60,764 nucleotides of DNA, taken from positions 115,254 to 176,017 of the forward strand of contig NW_005201231.1 of assembly GCF_000372725.1 (NCBI RefSeq), read 5' to 3'. The position numbers and the translations under genes are program-made. Shown here piece after piece: positions 10,582-22,387 of the stretch. Within the stretch, counting starts at the first letter, position 1. Every line of letters starts with the position of its first letter. The notes under the pieces are model-generated. The model was not told the DNA's origin, ran no database searches, and saw only the letters and a list, made by a program, of their open reading frames with translations. The DNA comes from Emiliania huxleyi CCMP1516 (taxonomy: Eukaryota).

Positions 10582-12447
10582 TCATGCGTCGAAGGGCCCG
10601 GTCGGCCGCAGCCTCGCCGGGTGCGGCGCGGCGGAGAGGATGGCTTTCGACTCTCGCACGAGCTCGCGGGCGGTGTGCAGCACGCGCGGGCCGACGGGAT
10701 GGCGCATCGTCGCGCCGGTGCGCTCGGCGCCCACGCACAGCCAGGCGGGGGAGCGCGGCCGCTTGGCGTCGCGGCTTGCGTCGTCCGCCGCCCACGCCAC
10801 CACCCTCGCAGGAGGGGTGAAGCCGAACGGCGGCGGCTCAGGCTTGGGCGCGAGGCTGCTCGGCGGAAGGGGAGGCGCGCCGGCGGCGGCGGCGGCCCCC
10901 CACGCGCAGAGCCGCTGCGGGGGCGGGAAGAGGGAGGGGCTGCCGCCGCCTCTGCGCCACTCCCCCCCCTCCTCTGCTGCTCCCGCGCGGCGTCGCGAGG
11001 AGGACGGTGGCGAGCCCGCGTAGGAGCAGCCACCCGCCGCCTCGGGCTCCAGACCATATCTCCCCACATCTCCCCGTATCTCCCCATATCTCCCTGTATC
11101 TCCCAGACCGAGCTCCGCCGCCGCCGCTCTCTGCGTCGGCGCCCGCTCCCGCGGCGCTTCCTCCTCCTCCTCCCCGCCGCCCTCTGCCGCGCACTCTGCC
11201 CGGCGCTGCCCCAGAGTGCGCGGTCTCAAGCACTCCCCGTGGTGGCGAGGGCCTCTCGCCATAGCGACGGCGTCCGCGGCAGCCAACGCCGCCTCCCTCG
11301 CCACCGCCGCCGCCGCCGCCTCGCCCGCCGCCGCCGCCGCGCCTCGCGCCCGCGCCTCCCGCGCCGCAACCTCCTGCCTCTCGTCGAGCAGGTGCCGCCT
11401 CCAGGCCGCCGCAGTCACCGGCGGCGAAGAGTCTGGCAGCGACTGCTCTGGCAGCGACTGCTCTGGCAGCGACTGCTCTGGCAGCGACTGCTCTGGCAGC
11501 GACTGCTCTGGCAGCGACTGCTCTGGCAGCGACTGCTCTCGCAATGAACGCTCCATCGGAGGCGGCGGAGGCACTTCCGGCGGCGGTCGCACTGGCGGTG
11601 GCCGGTCTAACGGCGGCCCCTCCCTCTCCAGTGGCGGTTCCGCGCCGCGGTGCAGACGACGCCGCGGCGGGGGAGGAGGGGGAGGAGGGGCGTGCTGAGG
11701 AGCGGGAGCGGGAGGCGCCGGCAGCAAACGCGCGTGCGTGGCGAGCTCGGCCTACACGACACGCTCTGGGACATGTCGTGGACGTGTCCCGGACACTCCG
11801 CCCCCATCCTGCATCAGCGCCTCTAGCGCCGCCCTCCAATCTCGGCCAATCTCGGCCAATCTCGGCTAATCTCAGAAGACCTCGGCTAATCTCGGCTAAT
11901 CTCGACCTCGAGCCGCGTCACAGTGCGGCGCGAGGCGACCAGCTCCCCTTCCAGCAAGTGGACCATCCTCCGCCACTCGCAATCAGAGCGGACGAGCTCA
12001 TCGCCCAGCCTCGCCGCCTCTGCGGCCCTCTCGACGCAGCCGCGGCAGCGCTCACGTGCGGTCCTTCCAGCCACCCGGCGCGCCGGAGCCGCCGGTGGAG
12101 CTGGGGCGGCGGCGCTCGTGGCTGGCGCGGCGACGCACAGGGCGCGCTCGGCCGGCTGCCGGCTCGCGGCGGCGGCCTTTGAGTGCCCCTTGGCGCGAGC
12201 GAGCGCGGCGATGGCGGCGCGGTTGACGCGGCGGTCAATGTCGGCTCGGATCGTGGAGCGCAGCGGCGTCGCGTCGGAGGCCGGCCGCTCGGCCGCTGGC
12301 GGCTGCCCCACGGTGGCGTAGGAGACGGGCGCAGCGTATGCGGCGAGCTGCGACGCGGCTGCAGGCACCTTGGTTGGCGGCGGCGGCGGCGGCCGAGGCG
12401 TCTCAGCTGAGTGTGCCGCACACCCAGGCTGCTGATGCCGCTGCCGC

Positions 12448-12480
<33 letters not shown>

Positions 12481-12668
12481 GGTGGCGGCGTTGGCGGCTG
12501 CTGTCGCCGCGGCGGCGGGTGCTGCTGCTGTCGCGGCTGCTGCCGCTTCTGTGGCGCGGGAGATGGCGCAGCGGTGGACGAGCGGGACGGAAGGCGGAGC
12601 GATGACGCGAGCCCCGGCGGTTGGCCGTGGCGCCTTCGCAGCAGCTCCGTGTATGAGGAGACCTCCAT
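10582..12668 (-). CDS. Low-complexity Pro/Gln/Ala-rich, partly coiled-coil protein (multi-exon, model approximate)
   Basis: Successive minus-strand ORFs 12668-11886 and 11727-10582 are separated or interrupted by 10-mer intronic repeats (11839-11903, 11057-11105). Contains polyQ and (EQSLP)n. Confidence 0.45.
11431..11540. repeat. 15-bp tandem repeat (CTCTGGCAGCGACTG) x ~7, coding EQSLP on minus strand
   Basis: Directly visible. Confidence 0.95.
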
Positions 12669-13302
12669 CTACCCGCGGCCCTTAGTACGGCCCCTTCGAC
12701 CCCTCGCAGCGGAGGCCGCCGTTGGGGCGTCGAAAAGAATTCGAATTCCCAAACTTCTCGCGCGCCGCCTGTGGCGACGCGCAGAACATCAACAACGCTG
12801 CGCGCAACATGCGTGTCGCGCACTCATCCATGACCGGTCTCAATGTTCCACCCCCCTGCGCGCGGGCCTTCTAGGCCCGCGGGTAGTCTCCCCCCATCCC
12901 CACAGGGCCTCCAGGGCTCGCACCTCAACCTCTCATAGACCAGCGCACAGCGCCATAGGACGTATTCAATAACAGGTCTGTGAAAAGTCTTTCTTCTGGG
13001 GATGTGAAAAGTCTCTCTTCATCCGCGAACATCAGCGAGCTCGCCGAAGACCTCGGCCCGACTTTTTCACCGAGAACTAGCTTGGGCAATACTATGCCAA
13101 CACGGCGCGTGCCCCTGCGCAGGAATTTGCGTAGGTAGGCTCACTCTCTCTCTGGTGCGGGCAGGGCCGGAGCCGTGCGCACCAGTGCCAGTGCCAGTGC
13201 CAGTCAGTCCCCAGACTTGCGCAGCAGTCAGCCCCGAGCTGTCTAGCGAGCCGTGCGCAGCAGACACAAAGAGGTGGAGCCGAGCCCCACCCCACTGCAC
13301 CA

Positions 13303-15388
13303 ATGTACGCGATCGTCGTGTGCGCGACCCTCTCGTTTGCGAGCATGTTTGACTCTTCGCGCAATAATCACCTGGCGACCTACACCTTCACTGGCTCTGG
13401 CGTGCGCGTGGTGCTGAGCGGAAGCACGCTCCGCATGGAGATCCCACTTGAGGACGGCACAACGAACGATATTGTTGAATATATCGCAAATCTGGATCAA
13501 GGCGATGTCTACGGATACGTAAAGACCAACAAGTTCGTGGAGCGATGGCTGGAGGGCGTCAGTCAGCACGGCATGAAGTTCAACGTCGAAATTCGATTGT
13601 CAACCCGGAGAGCCGCAATGAGGTGATGCAGCACGTCAAGCCAATCGGAAAGCTGGTGTACCAGCCATTCGACGATTCAAATCTCAACTGCACCAAGTTC
13701 AAGTGTAAGAGCGAAACGAGTGCGCTTCGCACGATCGACTTTGAGCTCAAGGCGGTAGCGCAGACGGCGCTTGTTAGCGAGAATGGGTCAAACCAGCCCT
13801 ACCTGGTCCTTACTGGATATGTGCCCACTTCTCCACAGTACATTCCGAGCCGCAAGGAGCACGGCCACTTCACAGCCTCGTCTTCGAGCCACCACTCCCA
13901 CTTTGTGAATCACCCGGCGGCAACAAACGTCGATCAAGACACCAACATATTCCCAAACGTGAAGGGGCACACGGCAGTTATCAAGATTGGGCTGCTAGCC
14001 ATCCTCGCTGAAATAGTCATCGGAGTATTCGAGGCAGCTTCTGAGGTGGGTGCGGATGTGGGGGCAGCTGCTGCCGATGCGAGCGCTGCGTCAGGTGAAC
14101 TTGGTGCAGTGGATTTGGTGTCATCGAGCTCCGAGTTTGTCACTGACTTGAGCGAAGCATCTGCGGAAGCCATGACGGATTTGATTGGTGAAGGCTTCGA
14201 GGATGCTGTGGAGACTGCATCAGAAAACCTTGGCGAAGCCGTGGGCGAAGAGGCAGATACCGCTGTGGAAAGTGCTGCTGATGATCTCGCCGCAGCGCCC
14301 AAAAGCAGTGCCGCGGACCTGCTAAAGGTGTTGGCCAAGCCGCAGTACCTGAAGAACGTGTTTTTGAGGAAGCTGTCGGCGAATCTCAAAACGCTGGTGC
14401 GCAACTGTTTCGTTCAGACGACCGCGCAGACGGTGGCAACCGAGGTCGTGGCAGGCGGTATAACGGCCGCGATCAAAATGGCGTGCCCAGCCTGCAGAGG
14501 CAGCGATATTACAGGGTTCTGGGTCAGCGAGCTCAAGTCCATTGCGAACGGCGCCACGAACGAGGTACTCATGAAAAACTTGGAGGAATGCGTCGCGCCG
14601 ACAAGCGCGGCAACGGCCGCCAAGGCGCTAGGGGCTGTTGTCGGACTCGCCACAGCGGTCTGCGTCGACATCGAAACGATGGCGTGCTGCGTCGGGCAGC
14701 AAATGGATACGTCCGAGTACTGTGGACCGCTCGCTGCGCTCTTGAGCATTCATAGCCCCGATCCTGACTCTTCATGGTGCAGCCTGTTCCCGCAGTTCGG
14801 GCGGGGAAAGTACGTTGCCACGATATATGATGTCCCTTCGGGCTGTACTGGCTACGCATGCCGCAGTTATTTTGTGGGAGAGCTGTCGTCCGACGCGTCC
14901 TGCAGCGGCGGTGTTGTGACCTACCCGCAGGGCCAAACGTGGGCGTTCCAAAATAGCAACGACATGTCGGACATCATCTTCTTGACCGACCAAGCCAAGG
15001 CGCTGGAGCTGTACCAGCAACCTGCTAACGGCCAAGACGGCTATGGGTACCAGCCGAGCGATTTCGTTGACACACAGGGGAACACCTTCATGATGCAGAC
15101 CGACGCGATGGAGGCCTACTGGCAATGCATCAACTGCCATGACGAGTGCAGCGGAGAATTCGCAGCGGAGATACCACGAATCACTGGAGCTATGGGGTAG
15201 CGGGCGATTGTTTGAGCTTTTGCGGAGACTCCGTGCTCGACAAGAAAATGGCCGGGAACTGCTACACCAACTGTGCGAACGACTTTACTGCGCTGACGAC
15301 TCCCACCTGTGCGAAATCTCCCCCGCCAACGCCACCGACGTTGGCCGCTGTTTTCACTCCCGAAGACGGAGGAAATTGGGAACCATGA
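13303..15388 (+). CDS. Putative secreted Cys-rich orphan protein broken into three overlapping ORFs (two apparent -1 frame changes)
   Basis: Signal-like MYAIVVCATLSFA at 13303. Protein-like sequence continues in 13545/13626-15200 and then 15146-15388. Intronless and visibly less GC-rich than its flanks. Confidence 0.55.
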
Positions 15389-15529
15389 ATGGGGAGGACC
15401 CATTGCCAGCGGAACCTAGGTCCTTGGACAGATTTCGTGCTCCGCTAGAGAAGGTTTCTGACCTTTCGAGCGTCCTGACAAGAAGAAAAACGCCACCCGG
15501 CATCTGCAGCGGCGGACGGGACGGCCCAG

Positions 15530-16645
15530 ATGTGCATGGCGCACAGCGAGTGTCTTGCGAAGCGGTTAGGCGCAACGTGTCTTGCTGCGGCAGACGAGCG
15601 CCTCGAGAGAGGACAGCATGGCCCCGGCCCAGCTGTGTCCGCGGGCAAGCAGCCGTGGGAGCGCGTTTGCGTGCGATGCAAAGACAACGGGTTTGCAGTC
15701 GATCGGAGCATTGTCCGCCGCGTTCCGCGTGATGAGCTTCTGGCGCTCCGACAAAAGGGTGGATCCAACGACGGCTTTCGCGATGCACCGGCCTGTTATG
15801 CGGAGAGATTTCAGTACTTGCTCGTCAATGACAGCGGTGATCTGAGCAAAGCCGAGGGGCGCACCTGGAAGGATGGCCCAAAGCACAAGGACGTGAGCCA
15901 AGATGGCGCGCTCGTGATTTTGGTCCCTGGCTCGCCGCCGTTTCCGTCGCGCTGGGAAATTCCCACAGCAGATGACGGCAAGCTAAGGCTCGCCGTGAAG
16001 TACAAGACGTTTGTGCCAAAGGGCAGAAGCAACCAACCCACGGCGCTGCAGCCCAACGCTGCTACGCCTACGCAGCACGAGGGGCAGGGGCGCAACGCGC
16101 CGCTGACCCTCGACAATGGCTTGACGCCGGATCTGCTGACGGATTTGGACACGACTCTTGCTGCTCGCCCGTCGTTTTCCTCCCTCGCGTCAACCTCCAG
16201 CGAAACCCATACCCCGCCGTTTGAGCGCAGCGTAGAGGTGGGAGGCTCGCACAACGGAGCTCACCCCGCGAGAAAGCGGCCGGCTGTAGCGCCCGTGGAT
16301 GACCTTGCAGCCAGGGCGGTCACGCTTCAGATCTCCGGCTTGGGCGTGGATGAGACGGCCGTGCGCATTCGCGAGCTCCGAGCCCTCGCCGACCACTTGG
16401 AAAAGAAGGGTGCCCCGGAGAACCCACAGGCAGCGAGGGAGCTCCAGTCGGAGCTCTCCTTTAAGGCAAAGCTTAGGGACCTTGAGGCGAGGGACTTTGA
16501 GCCGGACGGCTTGCAGCTGCGCAGCGCTGGGGCGTCAAGGCGGAGCGAGCGGGGGGAAGCCTCCCCTTCGGCCGCAAAGCAGGAGCCGAGCGACGAGTCG
16601 AGTGACGAGGAAGAGGCGATAGTGTACAGGAGCACCCGCAGGTAG
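15530..16645 (+). CDS. Hypothetical protein (Cys/His cluster at N-terminus, disordered acidic C-terminus)
   Basis: 371-aa intronless ORF with protein-like composition; CMAHSEC...CVRC. Confidence 0.5.
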   Translation: MCMAHSECLAKRLGATCLAAADERLERGQHGPGPAVSAGKQPWERVCVRCKDNGFAVDRSIVRRVPRDELLALRQKGGSNDGFRDAPACYAERFQYLLVNDSGDLSKAEGRTWKDGPKHKDVSQDGALVILVPGSPPFPSRWEIPTADDGKLRLAVKYKTFVPKGRSNQPTALQPNAATPTQHEGQGRNAPLTLDNGLTPDLLTDLDTTLAARPSFSSLASTSSETHTPPFERSVEVGGSHNGAHPARKRPAVAPVDDLAARAVTLQISGLGVDETAVRIRELRALADHLEKKGAPENPQAARELQSELSFKAKLRDLEARDFEPDGLQLRSAGASRRSERGEASPSAAKQEPSDESSDEEEAIVYRSTRR

Positions 16646-16892
16646 GGCGGGGACACAGCATGTACACACGTTCGTAGCAGGCTCTCTGCGGCAAGTTGCG
16701 GGCATCACCAGCTGGCCACAGCATCCCAAGAGTAGCCAGTCCTGAAGTCATGCTGACTAGCAGCTGCCCTCTCGCACCCAACCTTGTGCGTTGTGGCGGT
16801 GCCACGTGAGAGCGTGTGTGACCGTTTCTAATTATCAAACGCTATGACACGCTCTCACGGGTGGGGAGGCCCTAAAACACCCCTCCACCCCT

Positions 16893-16956
<64 letters not shown>
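16893..16956. repeat. (CA)n microsatellite
   Basis: Directly visible. Confidence 0.95.
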
Positions 16957-16957
<1 letters not shown>

Positions 16958-17109
16958 GCTCACCCACGCGCACCGGGCCTTGCACTTTAAATGCCGTGGG
17001 GCTCCTGTCGTTAGACGTGGAGACGCGAGGGTTGCCCCCGCCCTTGCCCCACCACCTGCACCTCTCGTGTGGTGTGGAGAAGTTTACCTTACCTTACCTT
17101 ACCTTACCT
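16958..17109 (+). mobile_element. 3' end of non-LTR retroposon/SINE with (CCTTA)n tail, copy 1
   Basis: GCTCACCCACG...GTGGAGACGCGAGGGTTGCCCCC...GTGTGGAGAAGTTTA(CCTTA)n, shared with 23355-23504 and 40659-40743. Confidence 0.8.
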
Positions 17110-17145
17110 CCTGTCGACGAACGGCTTTAAACACGTTAACGTACA

Positions 17146-18612
17146 CTAAAGGTGACGCCGCCCCTCTTGCGCTAGCCGAGACCCATGCCCGCTCCTCAGA
17201 CCAGACCGAGAAGGCTGCGCGGGCTGTTGATTGGCCGACACCTGCGCCGCCCGCACCGCCCGCGTGCGCTGCCGCTTCGCATTGACGCGCTTCTGGCGCC
17301 AGAGTACGCTGTTGCTATGCGCGTTGCAGTGCGCAGGGGCGTCGCCCCCCCGCCAATGGCGGCACTCGGACACGCGCGCGTCGCAGATAAGGCAGTAGCA
17401 GTTGGGGCAAGTCGCCTCGTTGCCGTCGACAGGCGCCGCGATCGGCCTCTCGGCCGCATGGAAGGGGTGGAGCGGGCAGAGCGCACGCTGGTGCGGTAGG
17501 TGCTCGGCCAGCAAGCCTGTGCAGTGCAGAGCAAAGGAAGTGAGAGATCAAGCTCGCGGTGACTAGCAATGAAAGCCAAAGGTCTAGAGTGCGCCTGCAA
17601 CGGCAGAGATCTGCACGTCGCCGCCTTCGAGAGAAGGAGCGACAGCGGCGGAGCGTTGAAGCGGCGGCGCCACCTCCTCCACCTCATCCTCGCTCATCGC
17701 CTCCGCCTCCTTCTCCGCCACTGCCTCCTCTGCCTCCGACTCCTCCTGCTCCACCTCCACCTCCACCTCATCACTGTCGTCTCCCGTCGCCCACTGGTCT
17801 CGCCTGTTGGACCTTTTGAAGCTCTGCTGCTCTGCTGAGGTGGGCATCGACGCCTCCTCCACCTCCGCCGCCTCCTCCACCTCCGCCTCCACCTTGTCCT
17901 CTCCCCCCGCCGCCCCTGGCTGCTGCTGGGCGACTGATGTGTCGGGCGGCGAGGGTGCGGCGTCGATCGAGGAGGATGGCAGATCGCCGGCTGGATGGCA
18001 CTGCTGCGCAGTCAACTCTGTCGACGCACTCTGGTTTGCACGAAGCTGCTCTCCGATGGCACCCTGCTGCGCAACGTGCTCGTCAGCACCCGCGACATCG
18101 AGCTGCATTCGCGACATCTCCGCGCTACCCTCGTTGCCCGCTCCACCGCCGATGGCATCGAGGGCATCGAGGGCAGTGACGGCTAGGGCGGCGGGTAGGG
18201 CGGGGGTGGAGTATTCGGGGGCGGAGGGGCCGGCGGCGTTGAAGATGGCGCCGGCGATGGCGCTGTTGCTGAAGGGGACGGGAAGGGCCGGACTCGAGGT
18301 CGTGCCGTTGTCGGGTTCGGAGTCTGGCAAGGAGCTGCGGATGCATGCAAGCTGCTCTGCGTCCATATTCGGGAGAGCTGCTAGGAAACCAGCGAAGTGC
18401 TGCGGCTGCGTCCAATCGCACCCCACCTCAGGCGGGTACTCCACCACGGCTTCCACCACGGGCGGTGGCGGCGCCGCACTTTTGCGGCAGCCCGTTGCGT
18501 GGACTCGGAGCTTGTCCGTTGAAGTAAAGCGCTCGATGGGCTTGCTGTTCCGACGCGGGCGCAGGAGGCCCGGGTCGGGGGACGCCCCTCCTGCACCGAC
18601 GGTCTGGAGCAT
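17146..18612 (-). CDS. Protein with disordered acidic N-terminus and C-terminal RIN13-like Cys/His domain; GC-AG intron 17594-17517
   Basis: Splicing CAG|GCGCAC...GCACAG| gives DVQISAVAGLLAEHLPHQRALCPLHPF...CPNCYCLICDARVSECRHW...HCNAH...LW, the pattern of RPM1-interacting protein 13-like domains. Both ends approximate. Confidence 0.65.
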
Positions 18613-19160
18613 AGTCGAACGGACGACTTCGACGACGGACGCGAAGCGCCACCTCGTTCCCCGTTGCGGGCACGTTCAGAAGAGAAAAAGAAGTTTGCCA
18701 GAGGTGGGGGAAGACGCCCCGGAGTGAAAGTTGGGAGACCTCGAAGAGGGGTCCGGTGTGGTGAGGTGCCGGGTGTGGATGGGCGTCGAGTCCGTGTCGA
18801 GTGTTTACTAGCTCCGAGTAGAGGGGGCGTTCTGCTGCTAGGGGAAACCTGGAGCGCGGAGCTAACCCTCGGAGACCCGTGTTTACTTTAAGGCCCTTGC
18901 CCTGCGAATGCGCACCCCCCCCTAGCTAGGGGTCAGGGCTCTCTAGCCCGTAGCCCGATGCCGATCATCCGGCTCGCTGGGTGCGCTTCTCAGCTCCCCG
19001 GCCCTGGATGTGAGGTTGATGACTGCACTCCAAGTGCTCCAAGTTTCGCGCGCGGTTCTTTCTTTGCCGCTGCAATCTGCCGACTCTGTGAACCCCTGCG
19101 GGTTCTGTTCACAGCACAGCTGTGGAAGCGGCTGCGCAGCTGTGTCCATCTTTTAGCTTG

Positions 19161-19273
<113 letters not shown>

Positions 19274-19297
19274 CGAAAGAATGAAGAAGGGGCCGGC

Positions 19298-20788
19298 GAC
19301 TAGCAATGAAAGCCAAAGGTCTAGAGTGCGCCTGCAACGGCAGAGATCTGCACCGCGTCGCCGCCTTCGAGAGAAGGAGCGACAGCGGCGGAGCGTTGAA
19401 GCGGCGGCGCCACCTCCTCCACCTCATCCTCGCTCATCGCCTCCGCCTCCTTCTCCGCCACTGCCTCCTCTGCCTCCGACTCCTCCTGCTCCACCTCCAC
19501 CTCCACCTCATCACTGTCGTCTCCCGTCGCCCACTGGTCTCGCCTGTTGGACCTTTTGAAGCTCTGCTGCTCTGCTGAGGTGGGCATCGACTCTCCGCCG
19601 CCTCCTCCACCTCCGCCTCCACCTTGTCCTCTCCCCCCGCCGCCCCTGGCTGCTGCTGGGCGACTGATGTGTCGGGCGGCGAGGGTGCGGCGTCGATCGA
19701 GGAGGATGGCAGATCGCCACCGCCACTACTGCAGCTACCACTGCTGCCACCGCCGCCGCCGCTGCTGCCACCGCCGCCGCCCCTGCCTTGCTTTGCCTCC
19801 CGCGCCTTGTCAGTGAGGACCCGCGCCCGTTTGCCTGCTCCACGGGTTTGATCAGAGGCACCAGGGGCATCGGCACAGGCGGCAGCGGAGGGGCTGAGGG
19901 AAAGGCGGAAGGTGGGAGCAGTGGCGGGTAGGGCGGGGGCGGAGGAGTCGGCGGCGGAGGAGTTGGCGGCGGCGGTGGAGATGGCGTCGACGATGGTGCT
20001 GAAGGGGGTGTGAAGCGCGTGATTCGAGGTTGCGACGTTGATGGTGAGTTCGTTGTTGGTGACGAGGGCGTTTCGCGACCGGCGGCTCCCTTCTTTCGGC
20101 GGGCCGGCTCGCTTGCTGTAGACAACCCACAACTCGGCACGTAATTTCCGGACCTGGTCGTGTTCGTCTCGCAAGGTTCGTGGAAAGAACTGTGGCATCT
20201 CCCGCTCGTCAGGGTAGCTCACGTACTCCGCCCAGTCGTTTTGCGCCTTTATCCAGTCGTCCGGTCGGCCGGGAAAGGCCTGCTTCTCGGGACGCTCCAT
20301 TGTGGCAGCGTTGGATATGTGAGCGCCGAGAGAGAGGGGGCTCGCAAAGGAGAGTGGCGGCCCGCGAGCGTCCTCCGCGTCCACTGCGTGAGCTTGGTCC
20401 ACTGGGACTGGCTCGGGCTCTGGCTCAGATCGGAGGTCGACCGCACTGGCGGCATCGGCGAGCCCGCTCCCGCTCGCAACATCTGTTGCCATCTCAACTC
20501 AAGCGGACGCAGTCCACCGCGGCGCAGAACATCCTTGCGGTAGCTCTTCATGCCCTCCGTTCGGACGGTGTGGCTCGAGTCCACGATGGTCACTTCTGTG
20601 GCCAGCTGCCCGCATAACATGACGTCCCACACGAGCTGCCAGTCCTCTTGCAGCGTCCAAGGAGGCCCGCCGCTCGTGCCCTTGCGTCTTTGGTTGGCGT
20701 CCCGGCGATACGCAGTAAGCCACGCGAGCGCCTCCTCTGAGGTGCGTTTCACAGCGTCAGCCGCAGCAGCCGACATCGCGCGGGCCAC
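19298..20788 (-). pseudogene. Mosaic/truncated paralogue of the RIN13-like gene with an upstream Myb/SANT-like motif
   Basis: 19298-19718 is a near-identical copy of 17561-17988 with indels that shift frame. The RIN13 exon is absent (a CT tract follows). PWTLQEDWQL occurs in the 20249-20788 ORF. Confidence 0.55.
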
Positions 20789-20972
20789 GTGTCTGCCGCC
20801 GGCAGTTGCAATTGATCCACAGAATCAAAAGCAGCGTCCGGCGCGGAAGCGGCTGCGAGGTTTTTCAGAACAAAGCAAGCTCGGCACCCTACCCAAATAG
20901 ACCCGAATCCGGTACTTTCTCGGCAAGTTCCCATTTTGTGTGGGCAGCCTCCCTCGCTCCTCGCCCTCATAC

Positions 20973-22245
20973 ATGCTCGCTCTCGCCAGCACCAGCTTCG
21001 TCGGCTTCGCGCCTCTCTCCGCGCCTGCGTCCCGCTCGGGCGCGGTCCGCGCGCGGCCAGCTGTGGCTGGCCTCCTCGACGGCGTCAAGGATGCGTTTGG
21101 CGGCGGCGACAAGCCGCTTGTTGCGGCGGACCGTGTGACGCCCTTCGACCGGTGGCTGGGCCTGGACAAGGACCTCGAGGCGGAGCTCAACGACGGCGTC
21201 GATCAGGACGTGACGTACGTCGACCCCTCCGACGCGAGCAACTATGTCTCGCTCTCACTCGTCAAGCCGATGGGGATCGCTTTTGTCGAGAACGAGGGCG
21301 GGTGCGGCGGCGTGTTTGTCGACGAGGCGCGTGGGGCCGCTCCGACTCTGCCGCCGCCCCACACACCGCTCCCCCCCCCCCCCCGCTGCCGCCGCACTCT
21401 CGGCGGTCTTTTCTCACCCGGCTCGCCTCGCCCACCGCCCCTGCTGCCGCCTCTGCCACCGCCTTTGCCGCCTTTGCCGCCGCCGCCGCCGCCTTTGCCG
21501 CCTCCGCCGCCGCCGCCTGCTCGATGCCCAGTGGCCAACCGTCGCCATCCCGCCGCCCAGGTGCTTGACTCTGGCTCCGCCGCCTCTGCGAGTCCGGTGC
21601 TTGCGCGCGGCGATCAGCTGGTGCGCTCCTCCGCCTCCTCCTCCTCTCCTGCCTGCCTCGCCTGCTCCTCCTCCTCGCCCGCGCCGCCTCTGCTTCCGCC
21701 TCCTCCTCCTCGCCCTTCTCCGCCTGCTCCTCCACCACCTCCTCCTCATCGCTCTGCCTGCGTGTCTTGTCGCACCGTCTCCATCTCCCTCCCTGCCGAC
21801 CCTCCCCGCTGCCCTCACCGCCGCCATCTACCGCCGCCCTCCCCTCCACCCTCCCCTCCACCCACCCCTCCCCCCTCCCCGCCGCCCGCAGGTCGCCGTC
21901 GGCAGCACGCTCGTGCTGGGATGGGAGTTCGACGCGACGCTAGATGCCATCAAGGTCTGCTGAGATCCCGCCGAGATCCCGTCGAGATCTCGCCGAGATC
22001 TAGATGTCGCTGAGGCCGGTCTTGTCCACATCTGCGGGACGGCGCCTCATCGCATCGGTGCCGCGGGCAGGCTAGCGACGACAGCCCCAAGCTCGTACTC
22101 TCTCGGGTAGTCTCACCGCCCCGCCGCCGCTGGCCAGGCGAGCGATGACAGTGCGACCAAGCTCGTCCTCTTCCGAGGGCCGACCTCCTTCCTGTACGGC
22201 CCGACCAAGGCCAGCGAGGAGTGGTACCAGGAGAACCTCCTGTGA
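20973..22245 (+). CDS. Plastid-targeted PDZ-domain protein; exons 20973-21326, 21561-21620, 21892-21954, 22138-22245
   Basis: Leader MLALASTSFVGFAP. The spliced product LSLVKPMGIAFVEN..GGVFVDE/VLDSGSAA..LARGDQL/VAVGSTLVLGWEFDATLDAIK/ASDDSATKLVLFRG is a typical PDZ fold pattern. All junctions are GT/GC-AG, phase 0. Confidence 0.85.
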
Positions 22246-22387
22246 GGTGTGAGCGTGTGCGGAGCTCCGGCGGGGAACTGCGAGCGCCGGCGCGCTGTGT
22301 GGAGCGCCGCAGGCGCAGCGCCGAGAGAAGATGGACGTGAGTAAATTACTGTGAGGCCCCGGGGCGCCGTGGATCGCACCGCGCGCC

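Noticed and set aside
16805..16859. 13-bp inverted repeat CGTGAGAGCGTGT
   Set aside because: Real but short and single; insufficient to assign as an element or terminator.
17085..17109. (CCTTA)n as telomeric repeat
   Set aside because: Not CCCTAA/CCTAA, only 4-5 units, and always attached to the same upstream sequence, once with a TSD.
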